Source: Candidatus Multivoradales bacterium (lineage in GTDB: Bacteria; Acidobacteriota; Thermoanaerobaculia; Multivoradales; J023). From it: a stretch of DNA of 64,000 bases. Numbering within the stretch: position 1 is the stretch's first letter; every line of letters starts with the position of its first letter. The stretch lies in NCBI GenBank assembly GCA_965248925.1, contig CBDFLE010000006.1:4512001-4576000 (forward strand), written 5' to 3'. The notes beneath the pieces were generated by a model. That model did no database searches, was not told the origin of the DNA, and saw only the letters and a program-made list of their open reading frames with translations. Below, one piece after another: positions 9,927 to 21,340 of the stretch. A program made the translations under genes and the position numbers.

Positions 9927-10652
9927 ATGAGCGCCGCCCCGGGCTGCTCCGACCTTCGCCTAGCGCCGCTTGAGCGGGCGCGGTTGATGCTGATGGTCAG
10001 CCTGGTGCTGACCGCATTGCTCTATGCGATCCCCTGGGGCCGCTTCCTGGCCTATCCACCGATGTTGATCTCCACCTTGGCGCACGAGATGGGTCACGGC
10101 GTGGCCGCACTGTTGGTGGGGGGCAGCTTTCACCGCTTCGAGATGTGGTCCGATGGCTCGGGGGTGGCGGTGTGGAGTGGGGAGTTCGGACGCCTGGGCC
10201 GCGCCTTGGTGGCTGCGGGCGGTTTGGTGGGACCGGCGCTGGTGGCTGCGGTGGCGTTTGCTGCCGGGCGTCGGGAACGGGTGGCGCGGAGCTGTTTGGT
10301 GGTGTTTATCGCCGTCTTGGTGTTGGCCTTGCTGCTGGTGGTGCGCAATCCCTTCGGCTTGGCCTTTGTCAGCTTGCTGGTGTTGGTCGGTGGGTTGGTG
10401 GTGCTGCGTGGTGGTGGCGAGCTGGCGCAGCTGCTGCTGGTGTTTCTGGCCGTGCAGCTGGCTCTGTCGGTGTTCTCCCGCGGCGACTATCTATTCACCC
10501 CAGTGGCGGTGACCGCTGCTGGCACCCTGCCGAGCGATGTGGGTCAGATCGCCGCCGCCTTATGGTTGCCCTTTTGGTTTTGGGGTGGCTTGTGTGGAGC
10601 CGTCTCGGTGGCGGTGTTGGCGTTTGGATTGTGGATTTTTTGGCGACGTTGA
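9927..10652 (+). CDS. M50B-like membrane metallopeptidase
   Basis: HEMGH motif, AAGG..GP and SD motif in a multi-TM protein. Confidence 0.8.
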   Translation: MSAAPGCSDLRLAPLERARLMLMVSLVLTALLYAIPWGRFLAYPPMLISTLAHEMGHGVAALLVGGSFHRFEMWSDGSGVAVWSGEFGRLGRALVAAGGLVGPALVAAVAFAAGRRERVARSCLVVFIAVLVLALLLVVRNPFGLAFVSLLVLVGGLVVLRGGGELAQLLLVFLAVQLALSVFSRGDYLFTPVAVTAAGTLPSDVGQIAAALWLPFWFWGGLCGAVSVAVLAFGLWIFWRR

Positions 10653-10663
10653 GGTGGCGCACG

Positions 10664-13009
10664 ATGGCTAAGAGGATTTCGAAGATCTTCGTCCTTCTGC
10701 TGCTCTCGCTGCTGCTGGCGGCGGTGGTGGCGCTGCTGTGGCTGCGCTCCAGCGGCCTACCGGCACGGGATGGCGAGCATGTTTTGGCCGCTATCGATGC
10801 CTCGGTGACAGTGCGCTGGGACCGTTGGGGGGTGCCGGCGGTCGTCGCGGCGAGCGAGAGTGATCTGATCGCTGCTCAGGGCTGGCTGCACGCCAATGAT
10901 CGCCTGACCCAGATGGAGATTGGCCGGCGGGCGGCAGCCGGTCGCCTGGCGGAACTCTTTGGCGAGGCGGCTCTCGACACCGACATCTACTTTCGTACTC
11001 TGCGCATCGAGCAGGCCATCGACGCCATGGAGGCACAGCTGTCAGCGCGTTCGCGGCGCTGGTTGGAGGCTTACGCCCGCGGGGTCAATGCTTGGTTGGC
11101 AGAGCGCGGCAGCGATCTACCGCCCGGCCTGCGCTTGCTCGGCGTTGATCCGGAGCCATGGCAGATTCGCGACAGCCTGGCCTTCGTTTTGCTGATGGCT
11201 CGCGATTTGTCGTTTTGGAATGGGCGGCCGGAGGAGGAGCGCTTTCGCTGGCTTCGGGCTTTGGGTGCCGGCACGGTGCGGGAGCTGCTCGCCGATCCAC
11301 ACCTTCATGTACCGCCAGAGATCGCCGCTCTGGCTGCCGATCCGGCTTTCGAGCCCGCTGCCGCGGCAGACCTGGGGGTCGGCGGACCACTGGCTTCGCC
11401 GGGTAGTAACAACTGGGCAGTGGGGCCGAGCCGTAGTGCTCAGGGCCATGCCATGCTGGCCAACGATCCTCACCTAGGACTCAATCTGCCAGCTATCTGG
11501 TACCAGGTGATGCTGCGTTCGCCGGGCTACGAAGCCGCTGGCATGTCTCTGCCCGGAGCCCCCGGAGTGGTGATCGGCCGCGGTCCGCACGTCGCTTGGG
11601 CTTTGACCAACGTGATGTTGGACGACCACGATGTGTTTTTCGAGCAGCTCGACGAAAGCGGCGAACGCTACTTGCGCGGTGAGCGGTGGCTGCCGATCGA
11701 GTTCCGCCAAGAGACGATTGTTCTGCGCGGTGGCGAAGAGCGGCTGGTCGAATTCCGCGCGACCGATATCGGGCCCCTGCTGGCGGCCGACAGCGAACTC
11801 GGCCTGCCGCCTCGCAGCCTGGCTTGGACGGCTTACTACGGCGGCGATCCCTTCGCTACCTTTGGCGGTTTGGCAGCAGCTCGGACGGTGGCTGAGGTGC
11901 GAGCCGCGGTCGCGAGCTACTTCTGTCCGGCGCAGAATCTGGTGGTGGCATTCGACTCTGGAGAGCTTTTCTACACGGTGATCGGTCGAGTGCCGGCGCG
12001 GCGCCGGGGTGACGGTCGGCTGCCGTCGCCGGGTTGGTTGCAGGAGTATGGCTGGGATGGCTTGCGCTCCCCTGACTCCAATCCCTGGCTGAGCGCCCCG
12101 GCGGAAGATTTTTTAGCTACCGCCAACAGCGACATCCGTCCCGCCGGCTACGAGCTGCCGCTGACGGCCGATTTCTATCAGCCGTTTCGCCATCGTCGAA
12201 TCGCTGATCGGCTCAGCGAACGTCGCGATTGGAGCGTCGCCAATTTCGCCGAATTACAGGGTGATGTGGTGTCTCTCTATGCCGATCGCTTGATCGCCAC
12301 TCTCGACGACGACTATCCAGACGATGCTGGCCTGGCGGCGGCGGAACTTCGCAACTGGGATCGCGCTCATCGGCAGCAGGGAACAGCAGCGCTGTTCGCC
12401 CTTTTCGAGCGCTCCTTGCGGCAAGCGATTTTTGTCGATGAGGCCGAGGCTGCTGGTTTGCGGCGGGTCGACGACAGCTCCACCACCGTGCGTCTGCTCG
12501 AGGGCAAGATGGTCGAGCTGTGGTTCGACGATGTCACCACCGTTGCCGTCGAAGAGCGCCGGCAAGTGGTCGCGGCTTCCTTGGCAGAGGCCTGGCTCCA
12601 GGGCGTCGAGCGTTGGGGTGGTGAGGTCGCTCAGTGGGACTACGGCTCTATCCACCAGCTCACCCTGACCCATCCTCTCGATCCGCTGCCCTTGTTTGGA
12701 CGTTGGGCCCGGCGCGGTCCCTTCGAGCTGCCCGGAACCGGCGCCGCGATCAACGCTTTCGCCGGTCCCTGGCGCGGAGATATTCAGCAGATTGGCCATG
12801 GGCCGTCGATGCGCTGGATAGTCGATTGGAGCCAACCCGAGAAGGTGTTCGCCGGCCTGCCCGGCGGTCAGTCAGGGCATCCGGCCGATGTCCACTACAG
12901 CGATCGCTTGCAACCCTATTTGGCAGGTGAGCTACAAGAGTTTGGCTGGTCGGAAGCCGAGATCGAGGCGCGGACAACCGGCAGGCTGAAGTTGGTTCCG
13001 GGGCCTTGA
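10664..13009 (+). CDS. penicillin acylase family Ntn-hydrolase (S45)
   Basis: D.WGVP, HANDRL.QM, GSNNW, ANDPHL, PGGQSG motifs; SD GAGGTGG and ATG 10664; N-terminal anchor. Confidence 0.92.
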   Translation: MAKRISKIFVLLLLSLLLAAVVALLWLRSSGLPARDGEHVLAAIDASVTVRWDRWGVPAVVAASESDLIAAQGWLHANDRLTQMEIGRRAAAGRLAELFGEAALDTDIYFRTLRIEQAIDAMEAQLSARSRRWLEAYARGVNAWLAERGSDLPPGLRLLGVDPEPWQIRDSLAFVLLMARDLSFWNGRPEEERFRWLRALGAGTVRELLADPHLHVPPEIAALAADPAFEPAAAADLGVGGPLASPGSNNWAVGPSRSAQGHAMLANDPHLGLNLPAIWYQVMLRSPGYEAAGMSLPGAPGVVIGRGPHVAWALTNVMLDDHDVFFEQLDESGERYLRGERWLPIEFRQETIVLRGGEERLVEFRATDIGPLLAADSELGLPPRSLAWTAYYGGDPFATFGGLAAARTVAEVRAAVASYFCPAQNLVVAFDSGELFYTVIGRVPARRRGDGRLPSPGWLQEYGWDGLRSPDSNPWLSAPAEDFLATANSDIRPAGYELPLTADFYQPFRHRRIADRLSERRDWSVANFAELQGDVVSLYADRLIATLDDDYPDDAGLAAAELRNWDRAHRQQGTAALFALFERSLRQAIFVDEAEAAGLRRVDDSSTTVRLLEGKMVELWFDDVTTVAVEERRQVVAASLAEAWLQGVERWGGEVAQWDYGSIHQLTLTHPLDPLPLFGRWARRGPFELPGTGAAINAFAGPWRGDIQQIGHGPSMRWIVDWSQPEKVFAGLPGGQSGHPADVHYSDRLQPYLAGELQEFGWSEAEIEARTTGRLKLVPGP

Positions 13010-13131
13010 AGATTGCCTTGTATCAGCCGCCTTTCCTGCCCAGCAAGGTGGTCGGTCTTGCATTCAGCGGGTGGCCGGCGTAGCCTCTCGTCTCGCCGCC
13101 AACTCGTCCCTAGTCGCCAGGAGTCGTCCGC

Positions 13132-14460
13132 ATGAGCCAGGCCTCGATCCACCCCGTTGCCGCACTGCTGAATCGTCAACTGGAGCAAGAGTCTCCAGAG
13201 ATTCTTGCCGCGTTGTCGGCCTTGGGCCGCGGCGCGGTTTTTCCGCCTGACATCCCGGTCCAGGCTGCTGAAGCTCGCGACACGGAGTTCAACGGTACCA
13301 TCGGCGTCTTCACCGACGGCCAAGGGGGAGCGGTGCCGCTGCCGGCCATTGCCGAGGGGCTGGCCTTGGAGCCGGCGCTGCGTGACCGGGCGCTGCTCTA
13401 CTCACCGGTCGGTGGCCTGCCGGATCTGCGCCAGAGCTGGCGCCAATGGCAGCGGCGGGGAGTGGCGGAGGCGCCGCCCTCGAGTTTGCCGCTGGTCACC
13501 GCCGGGTTGACCCACGGACTTTCGCTGGTTGCGGACCTCTTTGGTGGCGCGGGTCGGCGGGTGGTGATTCCGGGCCCGTTCTGGGGCAACTACCGGCAGA
13601 CCTTCACTTTGCGCACCGGTGCCGAGGTGGTTACCGAGCCCTGGATTGTCGATGGGCGCTTTCGGCCGCGACTGGTCGCGGCATGTCTACAGGACATGCC
13701 GGCGGCAGAACCGGCAGTGGTGCTGCTTAATTTTCCGTCCAATCCCGGCGGCTACTCGCCCACTGTGGCTGAGCGGGCCGAGCTGCGCGACGGCCTGCTG
13801 GAAATCGCCGAAGCTCGCCCTTTGGTGGTGCTGTGCGACGATGCATATGCTGGCGTCGTCTACGACTCGGAGATTCCCGCTGAGTCGATGTTTTGGCAGC
13901 TCTCCGGCGCTCATCGCCGGTTGCTGGCGGTGAAGGTGGATGGCGCCACCAAGGAACTCGCGTTCTTCGGCGGCCGGGTGGGCTTTCTGACTTTTGGCGT
14001 TGAGCATGGATCGAAGACTGAAGCGGCATTGGAAAGCAAGGTGATGGGCTTGCTGCGGGCTACCATCGGCTCGCCGGTGGCGGTCAGTCAGGTGCTGCTG
14101 CTGAAGGCCCTTCAGAGTGGCGAGGTGGAGCGGCAGATGGCTGATATTCACCGCATCGCCCACCGTCGCTATGCTGCCCTCCAGCCGTTGCTGGCTGACC
14201 TAGATCCCGCCTTACTGCGGCCACTGCCATTCAATTCCGGCTACTTTGTGCTCTTCGAGCTACCGGCTGGAGTCGACGCGGACGAGGTGCGCAAGCACTT
14301 GATCGAGAAATACTCGACCGGTGTGGTGTCGATCACCGAGCGCTATATTCGGCTGGCGATCTGCTCGGTGCGGGCTGACGATTTGGCCGAGATGGTGCGG
14401 CGGATCGAAAACGGCGTCCGCCAGCTTGTTGCAGGTACCACGGTCGATGGTGCAGCCTGA
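13132..14460 (+). CDS. class I/II PLP-dependent aminotransferase
   Basis: NFPSNPGG, DDAY, DGATKE and GGRVGF motifs. Confidence 0.88.
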   Translation: MSQASIHPVAALLNRQLEQESPEILAALSALGRGAVFPPDIPVQAAEARDTEFNGTIGVFTDGQGGAVPLPAIAEGLALEPALRDRALLYSPVGGLPDLRQSWRQWQRRGVAEAPPSSLPLVTAGLTHGLSLVADLFGGAGRRVVIPGPFWGNYRQTFTLRTGAEVVTEPWIVDGRFRPRLVAACLQDMPAAEPAVVLLNFPSNPGGYSPTVAERAELRDGLLEIAEARPLVVLCDDAYAGVVYDSEIPAESMFWQLSGAHRRLLAVKVDGATKELAFFGGRVGFLTFGVEHGSKTEAALESKVMGLLRATIGSPVAVSQVLLLKALQSGEVERQMADIHRIAHRRYAALQPLLADLDPALLRPLPFNSGYFVLFELPAGVDADEVRKHLIEKYSTGVVSITERYIRLAICSVRADDLAEMVRRIENGVRQLVAGTTVDGAA

Positions 14461-14492
14461 TAGAGGTCATAAGAGTGGGGCTCTTGCTCTTC

Positions 14493-15206
14493 CTAAGACA
14501 TTGGGATGTGGGCCAGCCCGGTAGTCATCTCGGTCAAAGTCTGCAACTCGTCGGCAATCGCTAGTGAGTTGCGCATCGCCGCGGCGACCAATTCTTGCTT
14601 CTCTGGGGTGTCGGCGAGTTGCTCGAGCAAGCTGCGGCCGCGGCGGTGGTGGTGTATCTCTTCGGGCTGAATCACCTTCTCGTAAAGCCTGGCGGTTTCC
14701 TTGTCGCCGACGGAGAGGCAGAACTTGATGAATTGATCGTTGCGTACCTCGGCCACCGCCTCACAGGCGAAAGGGCCGGCGGCGATCCGCTCCAAAGTGG
14801 TGTTCAGGCCTCGCAGGTATTGCTGCAGGGGGCTGGTGTCTGCCTTGGCGGCGTCGTAGTCGGACATGTCCTCGCCGAGCTGCTCCAACCGCTTCCAGAT
14901 CAGTTGGAAATGGCGAATCTCGTCGGAACATTGCTCGGCCAGAACCGACTTGGCATCAATTTCCGGGGTGGTCGGAAGCCAATAGGCGGCGATCTCGCTG
15001 GCGTCGAGTTCAGTCTTCAGCGCCAGTTTGAGGAGATTTACGACATCTACTTGGCCGCCGGACTCGGCCTCCAGTGTTTCCTTCTCACCCAGGCGGGCAA
15101 ATAGTGCTTGCATCTCGTCTACTAGGCCGGCGACGAAAGTTTCGGCGTCCACTGGAGTTCCCCATTCAAGTCGGTCTTCTAGGGTCAGAGTAGGTTTGAA
15201 GGGCAT
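14493..15206 (-). CDS. ferritin-like (di-iron) domain protein
   Basis: paired ExxH motifs (DEIRH, EEIHH) in a helical protein. Confidence 0.7.
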   Translation of the reverse strand: MPFKPTLTLEDRLEWGTPVDAETFVAGLVDEMQALFARLGEKETLEAESGGQVDVVNLLKLALKTELDASEIAAYWLPTTPEIDAKSVLAEQCSDEIRHFQLIWKRLEQLGEDMSDYDAAKADTSPLQQYLRGLNTTLERIAAGPFACEAVAEVRNDQFIKFCLSVGDKETARLYEKVIQPEEIHHHRRGRSLLEQLADTPEKQELVAAAMRNSLAIADELQTLTEMTTGLAHIPMS

Positions 15207-15310
15207 TCTAACCGCGATTTTCCCGCTGCTGAAGCCGATGTTCGAATAGCAGGGCTGCTATGCTCGGCATCGTCGGCGGTGATACTCGTCCGGCGGCGGT
15301 CTTCCGTGCA

Positions 15311-16282
15311 ATGTCAGATCCACTATCAAATCCTCGCCAACCCACAGCCTTGCCGGCTGCTTGGGTCGTAGCTTGGGCGGCGGTGGCGCTGCTGCTGCCA
15401 TTGCCTGTGGTTGGCCAGCCCGCCATGGCGCCGGCAGTGGTGGGCGCAGATTTGGCGGCACCGACCCGTCTGCATACCGAGCCGGATTTTTTTCTTCACT
15501 TCACGCTGCGCGGTGACGGAGTCACGGTGCGTTACACGCCGGGCTCCTTGGACCGCTCGGCCAATCTACAGTTCCGGCTCGAGCTGGCCGTTCGCTTGTT
15601 CGAGAAGTGGACCGATCAGCCGATACGGCTAACTACCCATGTGTTGAGCCGCGAAGAGTGGCTGCAATCCCGCTATCGGGTGCCCTTTGGGGTGCCGGTT
15701 CGTGCCTCCACCCATGCCCTGGTGGCGCCATCGGCGGGCGACGAGGACACCGTCGTCCTGTGGCGGGGGTTGCTCCAGGGCAAGTTGCCAGCAGTGCTCG
15801 GAGTGCCCATGCTGGGCACCCCGGAGGAGGTGGCGACGATGATTCTGGCCGATCGCGTCGTCCAACTCCAAGCCGCCGAGGTGTTAGTGGACGTCCACGG
15901 TCTGGCCGGCGATCATCACTGGGTGCGAGGGGTCATGGCCCACCTGGTGGACCTCAGCTTGTTGCGCCGCATGGAGCCCAGAAGGGAAGGTGATGTCGAC
16001 CTCATGTACTCCTTGTTGGGCGAGCTTCACGGTGCCCGCGAACTTGCCGCCGACGACTATAACCCCGACCTGCCGCTCGCCGAGTGGCTGTGGTTTCAGG
16101 CCCAGTTTCACGCCGGGGCGAAGGCCATCCTCGACAAGGAAGGTAAGGGGTCGGTGAAAGCCATGCTGAAGCTCTCGCGGCGCGGAAGACTGCACGCCGA
16201 GCATCTGCGCAAGCGCTACAAATCGCTCGACCTGTGGCACCGAGAAACGTTCACCGCGGTCTCCTTGCGTCCTCCCCGCTGA
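15311..16282 (+). CDS. hypothetical exported protein
   Basis: long ORF with genome-typical codon use and a hydrophobic signal-like N-terminus. Confidence 0.55.
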   Translation: MSDPLSNPRQPTALPAAWVVAWAAVALLLPLPVVGQPAMAPAVVGADLAAPTRLHTEPDFFLHFTLRGDGVTVRYTPGSLDRSANLQFRLELAVRLFEKWTDQPIRLTTHVLSREEWLQSRYRVPFGVPVRASTHALVAPSAGDEDTVVLWRGLLQGKLPAVLGVPMLGTPEEVATMILADRVVQLQAAEVLVDVHGLAGDHHWVRGVMAHLVDLSLLRRMEPRREGDVDLMYSLLGELHGARELAADDYNPDLPLAEWLWFQAQFHAGAKAILDKEGKGSVKAMLKLSRRGRLHAEHLRKRYKSLDLWHRETFTAVSLRPPR

Positions 16283-16348
16283 TTGAGCATCTCTAGCTAA
16301 GCCCTTACCGCCGTGCCCTCTAGGGCTCCATGGCCAGGGCTCGGAGTG

Positions 16349-16375
16349 TTAGCGCTCTCTGCCGAGGAGTGCTAG
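16349..16375 (+). promoter_or_regulatory. CIRCE element 1 (HrcA operator)
   Basis: TTAGCGCTC-N9-GAGTGCTAG versus consensus TTAGCACTC-N9-GAGTGCTAA. Confidence 0.85.
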
Positions 16376-16383
16376 AATCGCCC

Positions 16384-16412
16384 TTGACATTGGCGCCTTT
16401 CCCGATTAGATT
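16384..16412 (+). promoter_or_regulatory. sigma70 promoter of groESL
   Basis: TTGACA-17 bp-TAGATT between the two CIRCE elements. Confidence 0.85.
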
Positions 16413-16413
16413 C

Positions 16414-16440
16414 TTGGCACTCGTCACTGGCGAGTGCTAG
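16414..16440 (+). promoter_or_regulatory. CIRCE element 2 (HrcA operator)
   Basis: TTGGCACTC-N9-GAGTGCTAG overlapping the predicted transcription start. Confidence 0.88.
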
Positions 16441-16505
16441 CAGAACCCAATACCGAACAGCTTCGAATAGAGCCTGTACAACCTTTTCCATTAGGAGGAG
16501 ATCCC

Positions 16506-16796
16506 GTGAAAGTTCGTCCCCTGCATGACCGAGTTCTGGTGCAGCGCATCGACTCGACAGAGGAAGTTCGCGGCGGCATCATCATCCCCGATTCCGCCAA
16601 AGAGAAGCCGCAAGAGGCCATGGTAGTCGCCGTTGGCCCCGGCAAGCTCGACGATTCCGGCAACCGTTCGCCCATGGACGTCAAAGACGGCGACCGTGTG
16701 CTGATCGGCAAGTACTCAGGTAGCGAGATCAAGGTTGATGGTGACGATTACGTCATCCTGCGCGAGGACGAGATCCTCGGCGTGATCGCCAACTGA
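16506..16796 (+). CDS. groES: co-chaperonin GroES
   Basis: [23 protein letters not shown]; GTG start after SD AGGAGGAG. Confidence 0.97.
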   Translation: MKVRPLHDRVLVQRIDSTEEVRGGIIIPDSAKEKPQEAMVVAVGPGKLDDSGNRSPMDVKDGDRVLIGKYSGSEIKVDGDDYVILREDEILGVIAN

Positions 16797-16833
16797 CTGA
16801 ATTTGAATGCAAGCGATTGCATTGCAGAAATAG

Positions 16834-18494
<1,661 letters not shown>

Positions 18495-18539
18495 GACGCC
18501 CTGATTGCTGGCCGGTGCTTCGCGCGCCGGCCCTGCCGA

Positions 18540-18569
18540 GGCCGGTTCCTTCACGGGAGCCGGCCTTTT
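18540..18569 (+). terminator. intrinsic terminator after groEL
   Basis: GGCCGGTTCC-loop-GGAGCCGGCC stem followed by TTTT. Confidence 0.7.
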
Positions 18570-18608
18570 CGCTACTGGCCTTTCGGCAGCAGTGCCGGCA
18601 GAGCTGCC

Positions 18609-19769
18609 TCAGTCACCCAGGCAGGTGCCAAGATCGCGCAGGGTGAGCAAAGTATCGCAGTCCAGCGGTACCGACTTCATTCGCCGCGTCGCCACCGCCA
18701 AAGGGACGGCGCGGACGGTGGGCGGATCTAGAGCCACCATGTGGCCGAAGCGCCCCTCCTCGGCCAGCCGTACCGCGGCGGCGCCAAAGCGTAGCGACAA
18801 AGTGCGGTCGCGGGCGGTGGGCTGGCCGCCTCGTTGCAGATGGCCGAGCACCACGGTGCGGGTTTCCTTGCCGGTGTGGTGCTGGATCTGCGCGGCAACT
18901 TGCTCGGCGACACCTCCCAGCCGCACCTCGCGGCCGGCTTCCTTGGCACCGTGAGTGCTGAGCGTTCCATCGATTGGCTTAGCGCCTTCCGCCACCACCA
19001 CCATGCTGAAATGCCGGCCGCTCTGCTCGCGTCTTTCGATCGCCCGGCAGACCGAGAGGATGTCGTAGGGAATCTCCGGTAGCAAGATCACATCCGCGGT
19101 GGCCGCCAGACCGGCATGGGCGGCGATCCAACCGGCATAGCGCCCCATCACCTCGACCACGAACACCCGTTCGTGAGCCTCGGCGGTGGAGTGCAGACGG
19201 TCGATGGCGTCGGTGGCAAAGCTCATCGCGGTGTCGAAGCCAAAAGTCACCACGGTCCCTTCAAGGTCGTTGTCGATAGTCTTCGGCACGCCGATGATCG
19301 GCATGCCGAGTTCGGCCAACCGTTCGGCGATGCGCATCGAGCCATCGCCGCCCAGGGCCACCAGGACATCGATGCCTAGCTTGGCGAAATTGGCCATCAC
19401 CTCCGCCGAACGGTCCACCACTTCGATCGAGCCATCCTCTCGCTCGACCGGGAACTCGAACGGGTGGCCTTTGTTGGTGGTGCCCAAGATCGTGCCCCCC
19501 TGGTGGGTGATGCCGCGCACCGCCTGGTGGTCGAGCTCGACCACCCGCGAGGTGTCGAGCAATCCGGTGTAGCCCTTCTCGATCCCCAGCACCCGCCAGC
19601 CACGGCCCAGCGCCGCCAGGGTCACGGCGCGGATCACCGCATTGAGCCCCGGAGCGTCGCCGCCACCGGTGTTGATCGCCAGGGTCTTGATCGGGGCGGG
19701 TTGGGCCGAGCCGCCGGTGATGGAGTCGGTGTTGATCGGTCCGGTTTCGTAAGTGGAGTCTTGGCTCAT
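18609..19769 (-). CDS. pfkA: 6-phosphofructokinase (PfkA family, group III-like)
   Basis: TGGGDAPGLN, GGDGS, PKTIDND, EVMGR, LGHLQRGG motifs. Confidence 0.93.
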   Translation of the reverse strand: MSQDSTYETGPINTDSITGGSAQPAPIKTLAINTGGGDAPGLNAVIRAVTLAALGRGWRVLGIEKGYTGLLDTSRVVELDHQAVRGITHQGGTILGTTNKGHPFEFPVEREDGSIEVVDRSAEVMANFAKLGIDVLVALGGDGSMRIAERLAELGMPIIGVPKTIDNDLEGTVVTFGFDTAMSFATDAIDRLHSTAEAHERVFVVEVMGRYAGWIAAHAGLAATADVILLPEIPYDILSVCRAIERREQSGRHFSMVVVAEGAKPIDGTLSTHGAKEAGREVRLGGVAEQVAAQIQHHTGKETRTVVLGHLQRGGQPTARDRTLSLRFGAAAVRLAEEGRFGHMVALDPPTVRAVPLAVATRRMKSVPLDCDTLLTLRDLGTCLGD

Positions 19770-19862
19770 AGGGGAGTGATTCTAACCCTGCCGGGCCGGC
19801 CGCTCTAAGAGAGTCTGGGATCGCTGTCCCTAAGTGTGGCACTCTGTTCAGAAGCTCATGAT

Positions 19863-19938
19863 TGGATGCAATCGGATGGACAAATGGCATGATGGGTGTC
19901 ATTCTTCCAGAAATGGATGTAACCGGATGCACAAATGG
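19863..19938 (+). repeat. two 25-bp direct repeats with GGATG boxes upstream of the Fic gene
   Basis: tggatgcaatcggatggacaaatgg (19863) versus tggatgtaaccggatgcacaaatgg (19914); 22/25 identical, 51 bp apart. Confidence 0.7.
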
Positions 19939-20990
19939 ATGATCCGCTGAGAATTTCCACCCTCGCGATCTCTGCAGAGATGCTCAAGGCGGTCGCCGAG
20001 ATCGAAGAATTCAAGGGTGCCTGGACAACACTCGGGCGCCTCGAGCCAGAGCGGCTGAATCGATTGCGGCGGGTCGCAACCATCGAGAGCGTTGGCTCGT
20101 CTACCCGCATTGAAGGAGCGCGGCTTTCCGATCGGGACGTCGATCGGCTGCTCTCCAATCTCCAGATCACAACGTTTGGCAGCCGCGACGAGGCTGAGGT
20201 GGTCGGCTACGCCGCAGTGATGGACACAGTGTTCCAGAGTGCAGATGTCGTACCGTTGACCGAGAACCACATCAGGCACTTGCACCGCGACCTTCTCGAG
20301 CACGTTGGCAAAGACAGCCGCCATCGCGGTGAGTACAAGAAGCTCGACAACCACGTCGAAGCTTTCAGCCCAGACGGTGAAAGCCTGGGAGTGGTATTCA
20401 AGACCGCATCCCCTTTCGAAACACCCGCCCGGATGGCAGAGCTGGTCGCCTGGACACGCGAGGCGCTGGATCGGGGCGAGCTGCATGCGCTACTGGTCAT
20501 CGGCGTTTTCGTGGTGGTCTTCCTGGCCATTCATCCCTTCCAGGACGGCAACGGGCGGCTGTCGCGCGTGCTGACCACTCTGCTGCTGATCCGCGCCGGT
20601 TACGACCATGTGCCTTACGCCTCACTGGAGAGCGTCATCGAGCGCAGCAAGGACGACTACTATCGCGCCCTGCGGCGGACCCAAGGCAGCTTGGATTCGG
20701 CGAGCCCGGATTGGCAGCCCTGGCTGAGCTACTTCCTCGGTGCGCTGTGCGCGCAGAAACGGGTCTTGCAGCGCAAGCTGGAGAGAGAACGAGCGTTGCA
20801 GGCCATGCCTGTCCTCTCGGCGCGGATTCTGGCGATCACCAGAGAGCAGGGGCGGATCACCGTTGCCGAGGCGGTAAAGATCACCGGCGCCAGCCGCAAT
20901 ACGATCAAGGGCCATTTGCGGCAGCTGTGCGCGACCCGGCAGCTTCGGCGCAGCGGGGCCGGTCGCGGTAGCTGGTACAGTCCTGCTTGA
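19935..20990 (+). CDS. Fic family protein with C-terminal HTH
   Basis: HPFQDGNGRLSR Fic motif, SSTRIEG inhibitory motif, C-terminal winged HTH (SRNTIKGHL...GRGSWY). Confidence 0.92.
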   Translation: MDDPLRISTLAISAEMLKAVAEIEEFKGAWTTLGRLEPERLNRLRRVATIESVGSSTRIEGARLSDRDVDRLLSNLQITTFGSRDEAEVVGYAAVMDTVFQSADVVPLTENHIRHLHRDLLEHVGKDSRHRGEYKKLDNHVEAFSPDGESLGVVFKTASPFETPARMAELVAWTREALDRGELHALLVIGVFVVVFLAIHPFQDGNGRLSRVLTTLLLIRAGYDHVPYASLESVIERSKDDYYRALRRTQGSLDSASPDWQPWLSYFLGALCAQKRVLQRKLERERALQAMPVLSARILAITREQGRITVAEAVKITGASRNTIKGHLRQLCATRQLRRSGAGRGSWYSPA

Positions 20991-21254
20991 GCTGTGCCCG
21001 AAGTTTCAGGCGTAGACACCGGGCAGGGCCGGAAACCGTTTTTAGGTATCAGCGTAGCAATAGAGAGGAGAGGGAGTCAGTAACTGAGTTTCTATCGCGC
21101 CTGGACGGTCTTCTTGTCAAATAACGGGTGTTGATATGTGTGCGCCTGATGTCGAGCTGCTACTTTTGTACTTGGTGCCGAGCGAGATACTTCCTTCCTA
21201 GAAGTGGCTGGCACCTCCTCGGCCCAGCACCACCTCATCTTGGCTTGAAGGTCC

Positions 21255-21290
21255 TCTTGCAGATTAGAAATCGAATTCTAATCTGCAAGA
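21255..21290. repeat. perfect 15-bp inverted repeat
   Basis: TCTTGCAGATTAGAA-6 nt-TTCTAATCTGCAAGA, 50 bp downstream of gap. Confidence 0.75.
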
Positions 21291-21340
21291 AAGTACCTGT
21301 GCCAGCAAGAGTCGGATTTGCCTCGGGCCGACCCCCAACC

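Noticed and set aside
10145-10663. long N-terminal extensions in the ORF track for the acylase (also the CoA ligase, kdsA and recD2)
   Set aside because: They overlap upstream genes; downstream starts with an SD or stop-start coupling fit better
21093-21239. 48-codon minus-strand ORF between Fic and gap
   Set aside because: It has no recognisable motif and atypical composition, so it cannot be supported as a gene
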